Positions 26,146 through 37,935 are shown, counted from the first letter of the stretch. The stretch: DNA of 60,540 bases from an uncultured Anaerolineaceae bacterium (GCA_964584065.1 CAZOYK010000001.1:1-60540); one strand, 5' to 3'. Notes: generated by a model not told the origin, from the letters alone. Made by a program: numbers and translations.

Positions 26146-27567
26146 TCAAACAACAAGATGCGCGCCGTCTACTGCATGGCAGATTTCGATTGGTGTTTCG
26201 CGCCCGCTTTTTTCCAATACAGCCGCTCTTAACCAGCTTACAAAGTCTTCCAGCCCATCCCGAGCCACAAGGTTGACCGTGCAGCCGCCAAAACCTGCGC
26301 CTGTCAGCCTGGCGCCATAGCACGCCGGATGGCTGCCAGCCAGGTCCACCAGCAAGTCCAGTTCAGGACAGCTGACGCCATACAAATCGCGCAGGGAAGC
26401 GTGGGTGGCAAGCATCAGCTTGCCAAAACCGACGCTATCGCCTTCTGAGATGCAGCCAATGGCTTGTTCTACGCGCGCCATCTCCCCCACAACGTGCAAA
26501 GCCCGATTCGCAACCCGCGCAGGCAACTCAGCCAGGTGGGCTTGCAGGAACTCAGGAGTCACATCCCGCAGCGAATTCAGGCTGCTGCACCAGACTCGCA
26601 GGCGCTCGACAGCTTCCTGGCAATCTGCTCGCAGACTATTGTAAGTTGAGGAAGCCAGGCTGCGCCGAACGCCGCTATCGGTAATCACGATGGCAACATC
26701 CTTTGGCAGCGAAAGGGTCTGCCAGGCAAGACTGCGTGTGTCCAATGCCATTGCGTGCCCCGCCACTCCGAACGCGCAGGCAAATTGATCCATCAGCCCG
26801 GATTTGACCCCTACATATTCGTTTTCAGCTTTCTGGCAAAGCTTTACCAGCTCCATTTTCGGGATATCCCACTCGCCAGCTGTCTGCCAGGCAAGTGCGA
26901 AGCCAACTTGCACCGCAGCTGAAGAGCTAAGGCCTGCGCCAATGGGGATTTCGGAGCTGTATCGGACCGCCAACCCTCTCATCGGAAGACCCGCTTGCTG
27001 CAGTGCCCAGGCTACTCCGGCGGGATACAGCGCAAAACCGGGTAATGGCTGACCACTGAGGTCCATTTTTTCTGGTAAGTCTTTCAGAGAAAAAACAACT
27101 TCCGCTTTAAGATCAGCAGCCTGCAGGCGCACCACCGGTTCATTTAAAACGTCCACCCGTAGTGTCACGTAGCGGTCGATTGCCACTGGCAGGACCACGC
27201 CATCGTTGTAATCCACGTGCTCTCCCAGCAGGTTGACCCTCGCCGGAGATTGGATCACAAAACTGTTTGGGTTTACGGTTTGGTTGTGCAGATTTGCCAG
27301 TAATTCAGGCAATATGTTGCGTGAAGTGTCAGAAACCAAAGCCTCTTTTTTGGGATGTTTCAATCGTTTGATGTGTATTTCCCGTTTAAGTGCCGTGCTG
27401 TGGTCGGGCATTTCTTCGACATACACCAGTTTGGAGGGACCGTTCATGCGAGTGTATTTTGCCCCCAAGCCGGCATTATGCTGCTTTAGACGCCTGAAGG
27501 GATCCGTGCTCCAGCCCGTATAGTACCTGCCATTGGCGCACTCGAGCATGTAGCAATAGTAGGGCAT
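26146..27567 (-). CDS. galK: Fusion protein: N-terminal GIY-YIG (UPF0213/YhbQ-like) domain + galactokinase (GHMP kinase)
   Basis: aa 1-80 YYCYMLECANGRYYTGWSTD..RLKQHN..KYTR. aa ~105-473 SPARVNLLGEHVDYNDG, GAGLSSSAA, GARLTGAGFGGC. One uninterrupted ORF with no internal Met near the junction. Confidence 0.8.
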   Translation of the reverse strand: MPYYCYMLECANGRYYTGWSTDPFRRLKQHNAGLGAKYTRMNGPSKLVYVEEMPDHSTALKREIHIKRLKHPKKEALVSDTSRNILPELLANLHNQTVNPNSFVIQSPARVNLLGEHVDYNDGVVLPVAIDRYVTLRVDVLNEPVVRLQAADLKAEVVFSLKDLPEKMDLSGQPLPGFALYPAGVAWALQQAGLPMRGLAVRYSSEIPIGAGLSSSAAVQVGFALAWQTAGEWDIPKMELVKLCQKAENEYVGVKSGLMDQFACAFGVAGHAMALDTRSLAWQTLSLPKDVAIVITDSGVRRSLASSTYNSLRADCQEAVERLRVWCSSLNSLRDVTPEFLQAHLAELPARVANRALHVVGEMARVEQAIGCISEGDSVGFGKLMLATHASLRDLYGVSCPELDLLVDLAGSHPACYGARLTGAGFGGCTVNLVARDGLEDFVSWLRAAVLEKSGRETPIEICHAVDGAHLVV

Positions 27568-27574
27568 GGTGCGT

Positions 27575-28216
27575 CTACCGGTTGATCAGGAAGCGCGCGA
27601 TTGCCATGACGGGTTCGTGCACAAGCTTTCCGATCAGGTCAAAGCCTAAACGCGGTCCGATAAACACTAAGAAAAGCAGAATATAGGGGCTGTAGCGACG
27701 TATGCCAGCAAGAACTGGCTGCCACGACCGGGGTAAAAAGTATGAAAGCACCTTTTCGCCGTCCAATGGCGCCAACGGCAGCAAGTTAAACAGGAAAAGC
27801 GTGATGTTTACCAAGACAAATATCAGCAGAAAATATCCGAGGGATGGAAATATGGCGCCTGAGGGTTGGCCAATATCCACCAAACTGAAGCGCAGAGGGA
27901 TCGCAGCTGCAAGCGCCAGCAGCAAATTGCTCAGCGGACCCGCCAGGGATACCCACATAACGCCCGCAGGGTTATTGCGGCGGATGGCTGCAGGGTTGAT
28001 CGGCACAGGTTTAGCCCAGCCAAAGCCAGCAACGATCAGCATCAGCGTGCCAAAGGGGTCCAGGTGGCTGAGCGGGTTGAGCGTCAGGCGACCTGCGTCC
28101 ATGGCGGTATAGTCGCCAAAGCGGGTAGCCGTCCAGGCATGCGCGTATTCGTGCAAGGTAAACGCAATTATCAGCGTAATAACTCTGGCTATGATGATAG
28201 GTGGGTCAAAACTCAT
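27575..28216 (-). CDS. Site-2 protease family (peptidase M50) membrane metalloprotease
   Basis: HEYAHAW (HExxH) in the first TM region, a downstream LAPLDG motif, and a polytopic profile. Confidence 0.85.
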   Translation of the reverse strand: MSFDPPIIIARVITLIIAFTLHEYAHAWTATRFGDYTAMDAGRLTLNPLSHLDPFGTLMLIVAGFGWAKPVPINPAAIRRNNPAGVMWVSLAGPLSNLLLALAAAIPLRFSLVDIGQPSGAIFPSLGYFLLIFVLVNITLFLFNLLPLAPLDGEKVLSYFLPRSWQPVLAGIRRYSPYILLFLVFIGPRLGFDLIGKLVHEPVMAIARFLINR

Positions 28217-28260
28217 TTATGCTCCAGGGTCTTGAATGGGTTACCCTTCTGCGATGGCGG

Positions 28261-28286
28261 GATTATAACATGCGAGTGTTATAATC
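28261..28286. promoter_or_regulatory. Perfect 10-bp inverted repeat giving an extended -10 (TGTTATAAT) on both strands of a divergent intergenic region
   Basis: GATTATAACA tgcgag TGTTATAATC. The plus-strand -10 ends 6 nt before the DUF951 ATG (28292). The minus-strand copy lies ~45 nt upstream of the M50 ATG, which has a GGAG RBS. Confidence 0.5.
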
Positions 28287-28291
28287 CCGTT

Positions 28292-28501
28292 ATGCTGTCT
28301 GATATACAACTTGGAGATAAGGTGACATTGCGCAAGGAGCACCCATGCGGTGGCTTCGAGTGGGAAGTGGTGCGGCTTGGGGCGGATATTGGGCTGGTTT
28401 GCCTGACATGCAAGCGCCGCGTGATGCTGAGCCGGCGCGAATTGAACCGCCGTCTGAAAAAGCACACTCCAAAAGTTGATTCGAACGAAAGCACCTCCTG
28501 A
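28292..28501 (+). CDS. DUF951 family small protein
   Basis: 69 aa. [51 protein letters not shown] matches the DUF951 pattern (HPCG..W...R.GADI...C..C.R). The long ORF-track N-terminal extension is antisense to the M50 gene. Confidence 0.75.
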   Translation: MLSDIQLGDKVTLRKEHPCGGFEWEVVRLGADIGLVCLTCKRRVMLSRRELNRRLKKHTPKVDSNESTS

Positions 28502-28570
28502 CAATCAAATTAACACTCCGCAATTAATTACAATCAAATCACCGCTCCGTCATAGTCCGCATATATCGTC

Positions 28571-28683
28571 GTCATCGCGAGGGAGCGAAGCAACCGATCG
28601 TGCCGGCGTCCACGCCGCGCATGGTAATTGACCGCAGGTCTCCAACAAAAAATCTAGAAGGCAGATCGCACGCTTCGCATACC
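28571..28683. repeat. Family-B intergenic repeat (GTCATCGCGAGGGAGCGAAGC... / CCGATCGTGCCGG...GACCGCAGGTCTCCA)
   Basis: 28571-28606 is inverted relative to 28660-28683 and to 28954-28983 (GGCAGATCGCCGCGCTTCGCTCGCGATGAC). Related copies lie at 33816-33947, 34036-34133 and 60485-60501. Confidence 0.65.
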
Positions 28684-28691
28684 TAGTTTTT

Positions 28692-28920
28692 CGTAGGGCG
28701 TGACAAAGTACCCGTAGGGCGTGACAAAGTGGCCGTAGGGCGTGATTGAGGGCACCGTGGACCTTGTTATGGACGAATGTATCGTGCCCTCAATCCGCCG
28801 ACATGGGTGATCCAAGTGGCACGGGTAGATTTTTCAATTAACCAATTGTGTGATGGCGGATTGGAAGCACTCCAAGATATCCCCAAGATAAAGTGCGCAG
28901 TGCTTCCAAGCTCGCCCTAC
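28692..28920. repeat. Second REPIN-like cluster: three tandem CGTAGGGCGTGA units plus hairpins A and B
   Basis: Units at 28692, 28713 and 28733. Hairpin A arms 28739-28755 and 28784-28799. Hairpin B arms 28855-28870 and 28900-28920. Stems are identical to those at 39-215 while the loops differ. Confidence 0.7.
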
Positions 28921-29082
28921 AAGTGAGATCTATAAGTATGAGAATCAATAACAGGCAGATCGCCGCGCTTCGCTCGCGATGACGTGCTCGGATGTTATCA
29001 AGTCTGTTGACTCGTGAAACGCATACGAAAATCATGATTTCTCAAATTTTCGATCAATGCTAAGGTATAATCTTTTGTTAAG

Positions 29083-29583
29083 ATGCCAATACTTTTACCG
29101 CATGCTTTTGAAGTCTTTTCGCATAGTCCCGAGCAAACACGGCGGGTTGGCATTCGCCTCGGCAGCTTACTTCAAGCGGGTGATATCGTCTGCCTCGAGG
29201 GCGACCTGGGTTCCGGCAAGACCACTCTGGTCCAGGGCATCGCCCAGGGGTGGGGCTCGCCCAGCAAGGTTACCAGCCCAACCTACGTCATCGTCAATGA
29301 ATATGCCCGTCCGGGCGGCAATACGCTTTTCCATTGCGACGCATACCGCCTGCAGCCCGATAATCCCCTCGACAGCGCCATTCTCGACCTGGACCGCGTG
29401 CTCGCAGGTGGGGTGTTGGTGATGGAGTGGGCAGAACGCATGAAGTCCAGCCTTCCCAAAGAAAACCTGTGGATCCAGATGGACTGGATCAATGAAGATC
29501 AGCGCCATCTGATCCTGACCCCGCATGGACGCCGCTACGAATCCATTCTCAAAAAGTTGCAGCAAGCTTTGTTTGGAGGCTAA
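29083..29583 (+). CDS. tsaE: tRNA t6A37 biosynthesis ATPase TsaE
   Basis: GDIVCLEGDLGSGKTTLVQGI P-loop and VTSPTYVIVNEY motif. Confidence 0.9.
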   Translation: MPILLPHAFEVFSHSPEQTRRVGIRLGSLLQAGDIVCLEGDLGSGKTTLVQGIAQGWGSPSKVTSPTYVIVNEYARPGGNTLFHCDAYRLQPDNPLDSAILDLDRVLAGGVLVMEWAERMKSSLPKENLWIQMDWINEDQRHLILTPHGRRYESILKKLQQALFGG

Positions 29584-29585
29584 TT

Positions 29586-30257
29586 ATGTTACTGGCAATT
29601 GACACTTCCACCGAATGGATTGGCATCGCCCTATTTAATGGCACCAACGTGCTTGCCGAACAAATTTGGCGCAGCAAAAACTATCACACTGTTGAGTTGA
29701 TCCCTGCCATCAAAGAAATGCTCACCAAAACCCAAATCAAGGCCAGCAGTCTGACGGGTGTGGGTGTGGCGCTTGGTCCGGGGTCTTTTACTGGTTTGAG
29801 AATCGGGCTCAGTGCGGCCAAGGGCATCGCCCTGGGGCAGAATTTGCCCGTGGCAGGTATTCCCTCGCTCGAAATCCTCGCCGCGGCTCAACCCGGCTTG
29901 CGCCGACCGATGTTAGCCTTCCTTGAGGTTGGTCGCGGGCGCTACGCCTATGTGCGCTATCAATACAAACAGGGCTCCTGGCAAGCTCTTACCGACATCG
30001 CCGTGAACGATATTCGCGCAATGGCTGCCACCATCAAATCTCCAACCTACGTGGTGGGGGATATGGACGCCGAGCAGCGCCAGATCCTGGGGCGCAAGTG
30101 GAAAACCGCCCGCCTGGCAGCCCCCAGCCTTTGCCTGCGCCGTCCAGCCGTATTGGCAGAGCTTGCCTGGGCTAAGATACAAGCAGGTCATGCTGATGAT
30201 GCCGCCAGCCTTGCGCCAATTTATGTTCATACGCTGAGCAATGTTCCCGATCTATGA
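29586..30257 (+). CDS. tsaB: tRNA t6A37 biosynthesis protein TsaB
   Basis: MLLAIDTSTEWIGIAL, GPGSFTGLRIG. Follows tsaE with a 2-nt gap. Confidence 0.9.
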   Translation: MLLAIDTSTEWIGIALFNGTNVLAEQIWRSKNYHTVELIPAIKEMLTKTQIKASSLTGVGVALGPGSFTGLRIGLSAAKGIALGQNLPVAGIPSLEILAAAQPGLRRPMLAFLEVGRGRYAYVRYQYKQGSWQALTDIAVNDIRAMAATIKSPTYVVGDMDAEQRQILGRKWKTARLAAPSLCLRRPAVLAELAWAKIQAGHADDAASLAPIYVHTLSNVPDL

Positions 30258-30763
30258 GCCCGCATGTTGATGCCAGCCATATCAGGCTGCGGAGCATGCA
30301 TTCGGATGATATTCCGCAAGTTGCGGCTCTCGACCAGCTCTCCTTTTCGGATCCCTGGCCAAAGGGATCTTTTGAATACGAACTAAAAGCAAACGACTAT
30401 AGTCTGTGCCTGGTCGCTGAAGACCCGGGCGCGATGGATGGGCAGAACATCGTGGGGGCTCTGGTTATCTGGCTGATTGTGGATGAAGCGCATATTGCCA
30501 CCATCGCCGTCCACCCAGACTACCGCCACCGCGGCATTGGGCGCCGGCTGCTGGCGGAAGGTCTGCTGCAAGCGGCTGACCGGGGTGCGGTGAAGTCTTT
30601 GCTGGAGGTACGCTCAGGCAACAATGAGGCTCTCCACCTTTATTATGGCTTTGGTTTCAAGGCTGTCGGCTTGAGACCCAATTATTACCCTGCCGGGCAA
30701 GAGGACGCTCTCTTGTTGGATCTTGACCCACTGGACGGGGAATATCTAAGAAATTTGATATAA
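30254..30763 (+). CDS. rimI: Ribosomal-protein-alanine N-acetyltransferase (GNAT)
   Basis: IAVHPDYRHRGIGRRLL acetyl-CoA motif. 4-nt overlap with tsaB, the canonical tsaE-tsaB-rimI order. Confidence 0.85.
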   Translation: MSPHVDASHIRLRSMHSDDIPQVAALDQLSFSDPWPKGSFEYELKANDYSLCLVAEDPGAMDGQNIVGALVIWLIVDEAHIATIAVHPDYRHRGIGRRLLAEGLLQAADRGAVKSLLEVRSGNNEALHLYYGFGFKAVGLRPNYYPAGQEDALLLDLDPLDGEYLRNLI

Positions 30764-30818
30764 GCATTTTCGTCTTAATTGCCTGCTCCTGAGGTAGAAT
30801 CTGTCACTGGAAACTATT

Positions 30819-31499
30819 ATGTCTGAAACAAAGCGAATAAATGCCATACGGGATGAAATCCTCCACTGCCAGAAGTGCCCGCTTGCCAAGGGGCGCAAAA
30901 ACGCTGTGCCCGGAGAGGGACCTTCTTCGGTGGATATCATGTTCATTGGCGAGGGACCCGGTTATCACGAAAACCAGCAAGGCAAACCCTTTGTGGGGCA
31001 GGCTGGCGCGTTTCTTGATGAATTACTGGCTGCCGCGGATTTAAAACGTGAAGACGTCTTCATCACCAATGTGGTCAAATGCCGTCCGCCAAGCAATCGC
31101 GACCCCATGCCCGAAGAGCTCGCTGCCTGCGCGCATTACCTTGACGAACAAATCGCCCTGCTTGATCCCAAGGTGATCGTCACCCTGGGAAGGTTTTCGA
31201 TGGCGAAGTTCATCGAAAATGGCAAGATCAGCCAGATCCATGGTAAAGCTCATAAAGTTGGCAAGCGGTTGGTCGTGACGATGTACCACCCCGCAGCAGC
31301 GCTTCATCAACCCGCATTAAGACCCACTTTGGTTGAGGATTTCAAGAAATTACCTCAACTGCTGGGTAAAGAAGCGACTGTTGTCCAGCCCAAAGTTGAA
31401 GCGGCTATCCAACCCAACTTGGAAGCCTTCGTCCCTGAGACAAAATCAGTAAAAAAGCAAGAAAAGCCTGATCTCCCCGAACAGTTAAGTCTGTTTTAA
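30819..31499 (+). CDS. udg: Family 4 uracil-DNA glycosylase (Fe-S type)
   Basis: CQKCPLAKGRKNAVPGEG, IMFIGEGPGYHENQQGKPFVGQAG, HPAA near the C-terminus. Confidence 0.85.
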   Translation: MSETKRINAIRDEILHCQKCPLAKGRKNAVPGEGPSSVDIMFIGEGPGYHENQQGKPFVGQAGAFLDELLAAADLKREDVFITNVVKCRPPSNRDPMPEELAACAHYLDEQIALLDPKVIVTLGRFSMAKFIENGKISQIHGKAHKVGKRLVVTMYHPAAALHQPALRPTLVEDFKKLPQLLGKEATVVQPKVEAAIQPNLEAFVPETKSVKKQEKPDLPEQLSLF

Positions 31500-32831
31500 A
31501 TGAAAGGTAAGGAATTGATGGTCAAAGATGAATTGATTCAGGATATTCAGAAAAAACGTGCAAATATTGCCGTGATAGGTTTGGGCTATGTGGGGTTACC
31601 ACTGGCTGTGACTTTCGCTAACGCCGGCTTCAGCGTGACGGGCATTGATCCCATCCAGGAAAAAGTGGACATGATCAACCGCGGTGAAAGTTACATTTCT
31701 GATATCAGCAACGCGCAGTTGCGCAAGCATATCGATAATGGTCGCATCCGTGCCACAACCGAATATGCAACCCTCAGCGAGATTGACGCTGTCTCCATCT
31801 GCGTGCCGACGCCGCTGCGTAAAACCGGCGATCCTGATATGTCCTTTATCGCTCAAGCCAGCGAAGACATCGCCCCTTACCTGCACCGCAGCATGATCAT
31901 CGTGCTCGAATCCAGCACCTATCCCGGAACAACCCGCGAATTTGTTCTGCCGAAACTAACCGCCAATACCGACCTCAAGGTGGGCACGGACTTCTTCCTG
32001 GCTTTCTCTCCTGAACGCGTTGACCCCGGGCGCACGGATTTCACCACCTATAACACTCCCAAGGTCGTTGGCGGCATCACCCAGGCTTGCACGGATGTTG
32101 CCGTGGCGTGGTACCAGCAGGCGCTTGAAAAAGTTGTGCCCGTTTCCACCACTGAAGTGGCAGAAATGGCAAAACTGCTCGAGAACACCTTCCGAATGAT
32201 CAATATTTCGATGGTCAACGAGCTGGCGCAGATGTGTGAGCGCTTGGACGTGGACGTGTGGGAGGTGATTGACGCCGCCGCCACCAAGCCATTCGGCTTC
32301 ATGAAGTTCACCCCCGGACCCGGTCTGGGTGGGCACTGCATCCCGGTGGACCCACTATATCTTTCCTGGAAGATGAAAACCCTCAACTACACCGCGCGCT
32401 TCATTGAACTTGCTTCAGAGATCAACACCAGCATGCCGCGATACGTGGTCACCCGCATTCAGGATGCCCTGAACCGCTATAAAAAACCGCTCAACGGGAG
32501 CAAGATTCTGATACTGGGCGTTTCCTATAAGCCCAACATCAACGATATGCGCGAATCACCCGCCCTCGATATCATCCACCTCCTGCGTGAGAAAGGTGCC
32601 GTCGTCGCCTACTATGATCCTTACGTCCCTGAGATTGAGATTGAAGGCGTTCAGATGTATTCAGAAAAAGAGCTTTCAACCTTCCTCGAGAAGTCTGATT
32701 TGGTAGCCATTATTACAAACCATGAGAAATTTGACTACAAACTGATTCTCGAGAAGTCGCAGCTGATCTTTGATGCCCGTAATGCCATGAAAGATATAGC
32801 GAAAAACGACCTGAAAGTGATCAAGCTGTAA
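31500..32831 (+). CDS. Nucleotide-sugar 6-dehydrogenase (UDP-GlcNAc/ManNAc/Glc dehydrogenase family)
   Basis: IAVIGLGYVGLPLA NAD motif and catalytic-Cys block GGHCIPVDP. ATG 31518 (AAGGA RBS) is an alternative start. Confidence 0.85.
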   Translation: MKGKELMVKDELIQDIQKKRANIAVIGLGYVGLPLAVTFANAGFSVTGIDPIQEKVDMINRGESYISDISNAQLRKHIDNGRIRATTEYATLSEIDAVSICVPTPLRKTGDPDMSFIAQASEDIAPYLHRSMIIVLESSTYPGTTREFVLPKLTANTDLKVGTDFFLAFSPERVDPGRTDFTTYNTPKVVGGITQACTDVAVAWYQQALEKVVPVSTTEVAEMAKLLENTFRMINISMVNELAQMCERLDVDVWEVIDAAATKPFGFMKFTPGPGLGGHCIPVDPLYLSWKMKTLNYTARFIELASEINTSMPRYVVTRIQDALNRYKKPLNGSKILILGVSYKPNINDMRESPALDIIHLLREKGAVVAYYDPYVPEIEIEGVQMYSEKELSTFLEKSDLVAIITNHEKFDYKLILEKSQLIFDARNAMKDIAKNDLKVIKL

Positions 32832-33808
32832 TGAGTGTTTACGTCGTCACCGGCGCGGCAGGCTTCATCGGCTCGGTTGTTGCCACAGAAATGCTACGCC
32901 AGGGACATACCGTCTATGGGATTGACAACCTCAACCATGTATATGACGTCCGAGTGAAGGAACACCGCCTGCAGGCGCTTTTGCCCCAGGAGAATTTTCA
33001 CTTCATTCGCGATGACATCACCAACCGTGATTTTATTGCCAGGCTGGCTGCCATGGTGCCAACGGCAGATGCGGTCATCAACCTGGCGGCCATTGCTGGC
33101 GTGCGCGCCAGCACCACCGACCCCTGGAGCTATCTCAACACTAACACCCTCGGCAACCTGAATATGCTCGAGTATGCCCGCCACCAAGGCGTGCCCAAGT
33201 TCATCCTGGCGTCCACCTCCAGCCTGTATGGCAACGAAGGCAAACCGCCACACGCCGAGACCGCCCCCACCGAGCATCCCCTTGCGCCCTATGCCGCCAG
33301 CAAAAAAGGCGCTGAGGCTTTTGCCTACTCCTATCACCACCTCTACGGCCTCGATGTCAGCGTTTTGCGCTACTTCACGGTTTACGGTCCTGCCGGCAGA
33401 CCAGACATGGTCATGTTCCGCTTCTGCCAATGGATCGCTGAGGGAAAGTCCGTCACGATTACCGGCGATGGCGAACAATCGCGCGGATTTACCTACGTGG
33501 ACGACATCGCCCGCGGCACGCTGCTGGCGCTTAAGCCGGTCGGCTTTGATGTTTTCAACCTCGGAGGTCACGAGGTGATCACCATCAACCAGCTTTTGCA
33601 CAAACTCGAAGCGCTTCTGGGCAAAAGAGGGAACATCACCTATATCCCCTCCCATCCGGCGGATGTGTTCGAAAACGTGGCGGACGTCAGCAAAGCCCGC
33701 CGTGAACTTGGCTGGGAGCCCCAGGTGCCGTTGGATGAAGGGCTGAAACGCCTGGTGGATTGGTACATCGCAAATCGCGCCTGGGCAAAAGACGTCGAAA
33801 CCCCCTGA
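32831..33808 (+). CDS. Extended-SDR NAD-dependent sugar epimerase/dehydratase (uronate 4-epimerase-like)
   Basis: VTGAAGFIGS, YAASKKGAE. 1-nt stop/start overlap with the dehydrogenase gene. Confidence 0.8.
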   Translation: MSVYVVTGAAGFIGSVVATEMLRQGHTVYGIDNLNHVYDVRVKEHRLQALLPQENFHFIRDDITNRDFIARLAAMVPTADAVINLAAIAGVRASTTDPWSYLNTNTLGNLNMLEYARHQGVPKFILASTSSLYGNEGKPPHAETAPTEHPLAPYAASKKGAEAFAYSYHHLYGLDVSVLRYFTVYGPAGRPDMVMFRFCQWIAEGKSVTITGDGEQSRGFTYVDDIARGTLLALKPVGFDVFNLGGHEVITINQLLHKLEALLGKRGNITYIPSHPADVFENVADVSKARRELGWEPQVPLDEGLKRLVDWYIANRAWAKDVETP

Positions 33809-33815
33809 TCATTCC

Positions 33816-34133
33816 GTTATCGCGAGGGAGCTTGCGATCATGGCGATCTGCCTGTAAATGTGTGAATCCGCCGTAGGTCGAAATGAGTCTCACTCCCGAT
33901 CGTGCCGGTCTCCCGACTGATCACGGGGTCTGACCGCCAGGTCTCCAGCAGGCGATCTGCATGTGGGCGTGTTAATCAGCTGTGGGTCGGCTCATTGTGG
34001 TCGAAGAGTATGCAGTTTTCAAGCCGACATTTCCTGTCATTCTGAGCCTTCTTTGCGAAGAATCTAATTGTTGGAGAGTAGATCCCTCACTTTCCCGTCA
34101 TCACGAGGGAGCTTGCGAACGTGACGATTTGCC
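33816..34133. repeat. Family-B intergenic repeat cluster
   Basis: Direct copies GTTATCGCGAGGGAGCTTGCGATCATGGCGATCTGCC (33816-33852) and GTCATCACGAGGGAGCTTGCGAACGTGACGATTTGCC (34097-34133). Variant GTCATTCTGAGCCTTCTTTGCGAAGAATC (34036-34064). CCGATCGTGCCGG..GACCGCCAGGTCTCCA (33896-33947). Confidence 0.65.
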
Positions 34134-34270
34134 TCTTATTCCACTATAAAGAGCCTCAGTGACTCTACATTCTCCCAATCATTTCGCGTCATCTTAAATA
34201 TTGGTTACAATTAGGTTGTTCTCTTTGACTGCACCCTGTCACGTCAACACAGGGCAAGAAAGGAGTTGAC

Positions 34271-35506
34271 ATGAAACGCTACCCCTGGCAAACAACCATC
34301 CTACTGGCTGTTGTGATTATTTTGCTGCTTTCCTCCTGCAGCGGGCTGTCCGTCCGCGTGCCAGCATTTCCGACGGCTAAAGATCCATCTCCAATCGCCC
34401 CCGAACCAAGCCTTGAATTATTGCCCACATTTGAGGCTGCGCCTCAGGATGCCATCCTGGAGTGGTCTGATAAACTGAGCGATGATTATTGCCAACCTGG
34501 AAGTTCCGGTCGTTTTAGCAGCCTTGTATACAACTCTGGTGCCTACTACAGTGTGCAAAGCGGCGACTCGCGCAGTGTCTGGCGTTATCTACCAGATGAA
34601 ACAAGCGGAGGCATAATCGCTGAATCCTTGGCTGAAGACGGAAAATTTATTGAGGCACTGCGAGTCAATGAGCAGTGGCTGGTGATGTTGATATTTGACC
34701 ACCCCATGCACGTACAGGGCTGGCGTGTGGAAGTGCTGAACCTGGAAACGAATGAGCACGTGCGCCTGGTCGACAACATTGAAGCCAACGAGAATATTGT
34801 CTATCTCGACATGGAACTTCAGGGAGATATGCTCTACTTCCTGACCCACACTGTGACCGAGGACAGCTCCAGGCAGCTTTCCAACATCCTTGCCTTTAAT
34901 CTGGCTGAAGGTACTCAAGAAATCCTGCTGAATTTGGAATCCGACCTGATCTACAACCAGCTGGCAGCTTCCGAAAAGTACCTGATGATCAGCCAAAGCG
35001 TCAACGGCAAAACATCAGACGAGGTTTATCCTATTTTGTTCTACAGCTTTGAGAGCAAACAGATTGAGGATTTGATGGAGATTTCAGGCTCACATCCGCT
35101 GATGGACTGGCCGCTTGCAGCCTGGTCTGAGCAGGGTCCAAATCAACTGCCTGAGATCTTTAAGGTCTTTGATTTCGAAAGCGGGCTTTCGTGGCCTTTG
35201 CTGGTCCAGGGCGAGCAGCCGTGCAATTTTGATCTGAACAAAAAATACCTGGTGTGGATAGATCCATCTGAGCCGACCAGCGCCTTCCCGACCGTATTTT
35301 TGATGTCGCTGGATGACGGTCACAAGATCACTCTCAGCACAGAAGGTCAGGAACTTATGCCCCAATTCCCCCAGGTCAGAGACGATCAGTTGATCTTTGG
35401 CCTGGTCAGAGATTTTGGAACGCTGGACGCCCAGGGCATGATCTGCGCCATCCCACTTGAGGATCTGCAAGCGCTTGCTCAGCCGGTAGCCGAACCCGCG
35501 CCATGA
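34271..35506 (+). CDS. Hypothetical lipoprotein (possible beta-propeller)
   Basis: Signal peptide with lipobox LLLSSC|SG. 411 aa with no recognisable catalytic motifs. Confidence 0.6.
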   Translation: MKRYPWQTTILLAVVIILLLSSCSGLSVRVPAFPTAKDPSPIAPEPSLELLPTFEAAPQDAILEWSDKLSDDYCQPGSSGRFSSLVYNSGAYYSVQSGDSRSVWRYLPDETSGGIIAESLAEDGKFIEALRVNEQWLVMLIFDHPMHVQGWRVEVLNLETNEHVRLVDNIEANENIVYLDMELQGDMLYFLTHTVTEDSSRQLSNILAFNLAEGTQEILLNLESDLIYNQLAASEKYLMISQSVNGKTSDEVYPILFYSFESKQIEDLMEISGSHPLMDWPLAAWSEQGPNQLPEIFKVFDFESGLSWPLLVQGEQPCNFDLNKKYLVWIDPSEPTSAFPTVFLMSLDDGHKITLSTEGQELMPQFPQVRDDQLIFGLVRDFGTLDAQGMICAIPLEDLQALAQPVAEPAP

Positions 35507-35620
35507 AACCCTTAGGGTGAAACAAAATAGAAGCCCCGGTTATCATTGGGGCATTGTTAATCCCTATTATACCCATTTGACATCCTCACCAATCCGTTTA
35601 TAATTCAATTTCTGAATTAT

Positions 35621-37934
<2,314 letters not shown>

Positions 37935-37935
<1 letters not shown>

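Noticed and set aside
28692-28755. Three evenly spaced CGTAGGGCGTGA units looked like a possible degenerate CRISPR array.
   Set aside because: The period is only 20-21 nt with no unique spacers. The same unit occurs in inverted pairs nearby, and no cas genes are present. It is better explained as REP/REPIN-type repeats.
38-28920. The ~180-bp two-hairpin composites at both ends could be direct repeats bounding a 28.7-kb genomic island.
   Set aside because: The unit is clearly multi-copy and occurs in both orientations, the segment contains obvious core envelope genes, and no integrase or att-like gene truncation is associated. Coincidental placement of dispersed repeats is more likely. This cannot be excluded without a genome-wide count.
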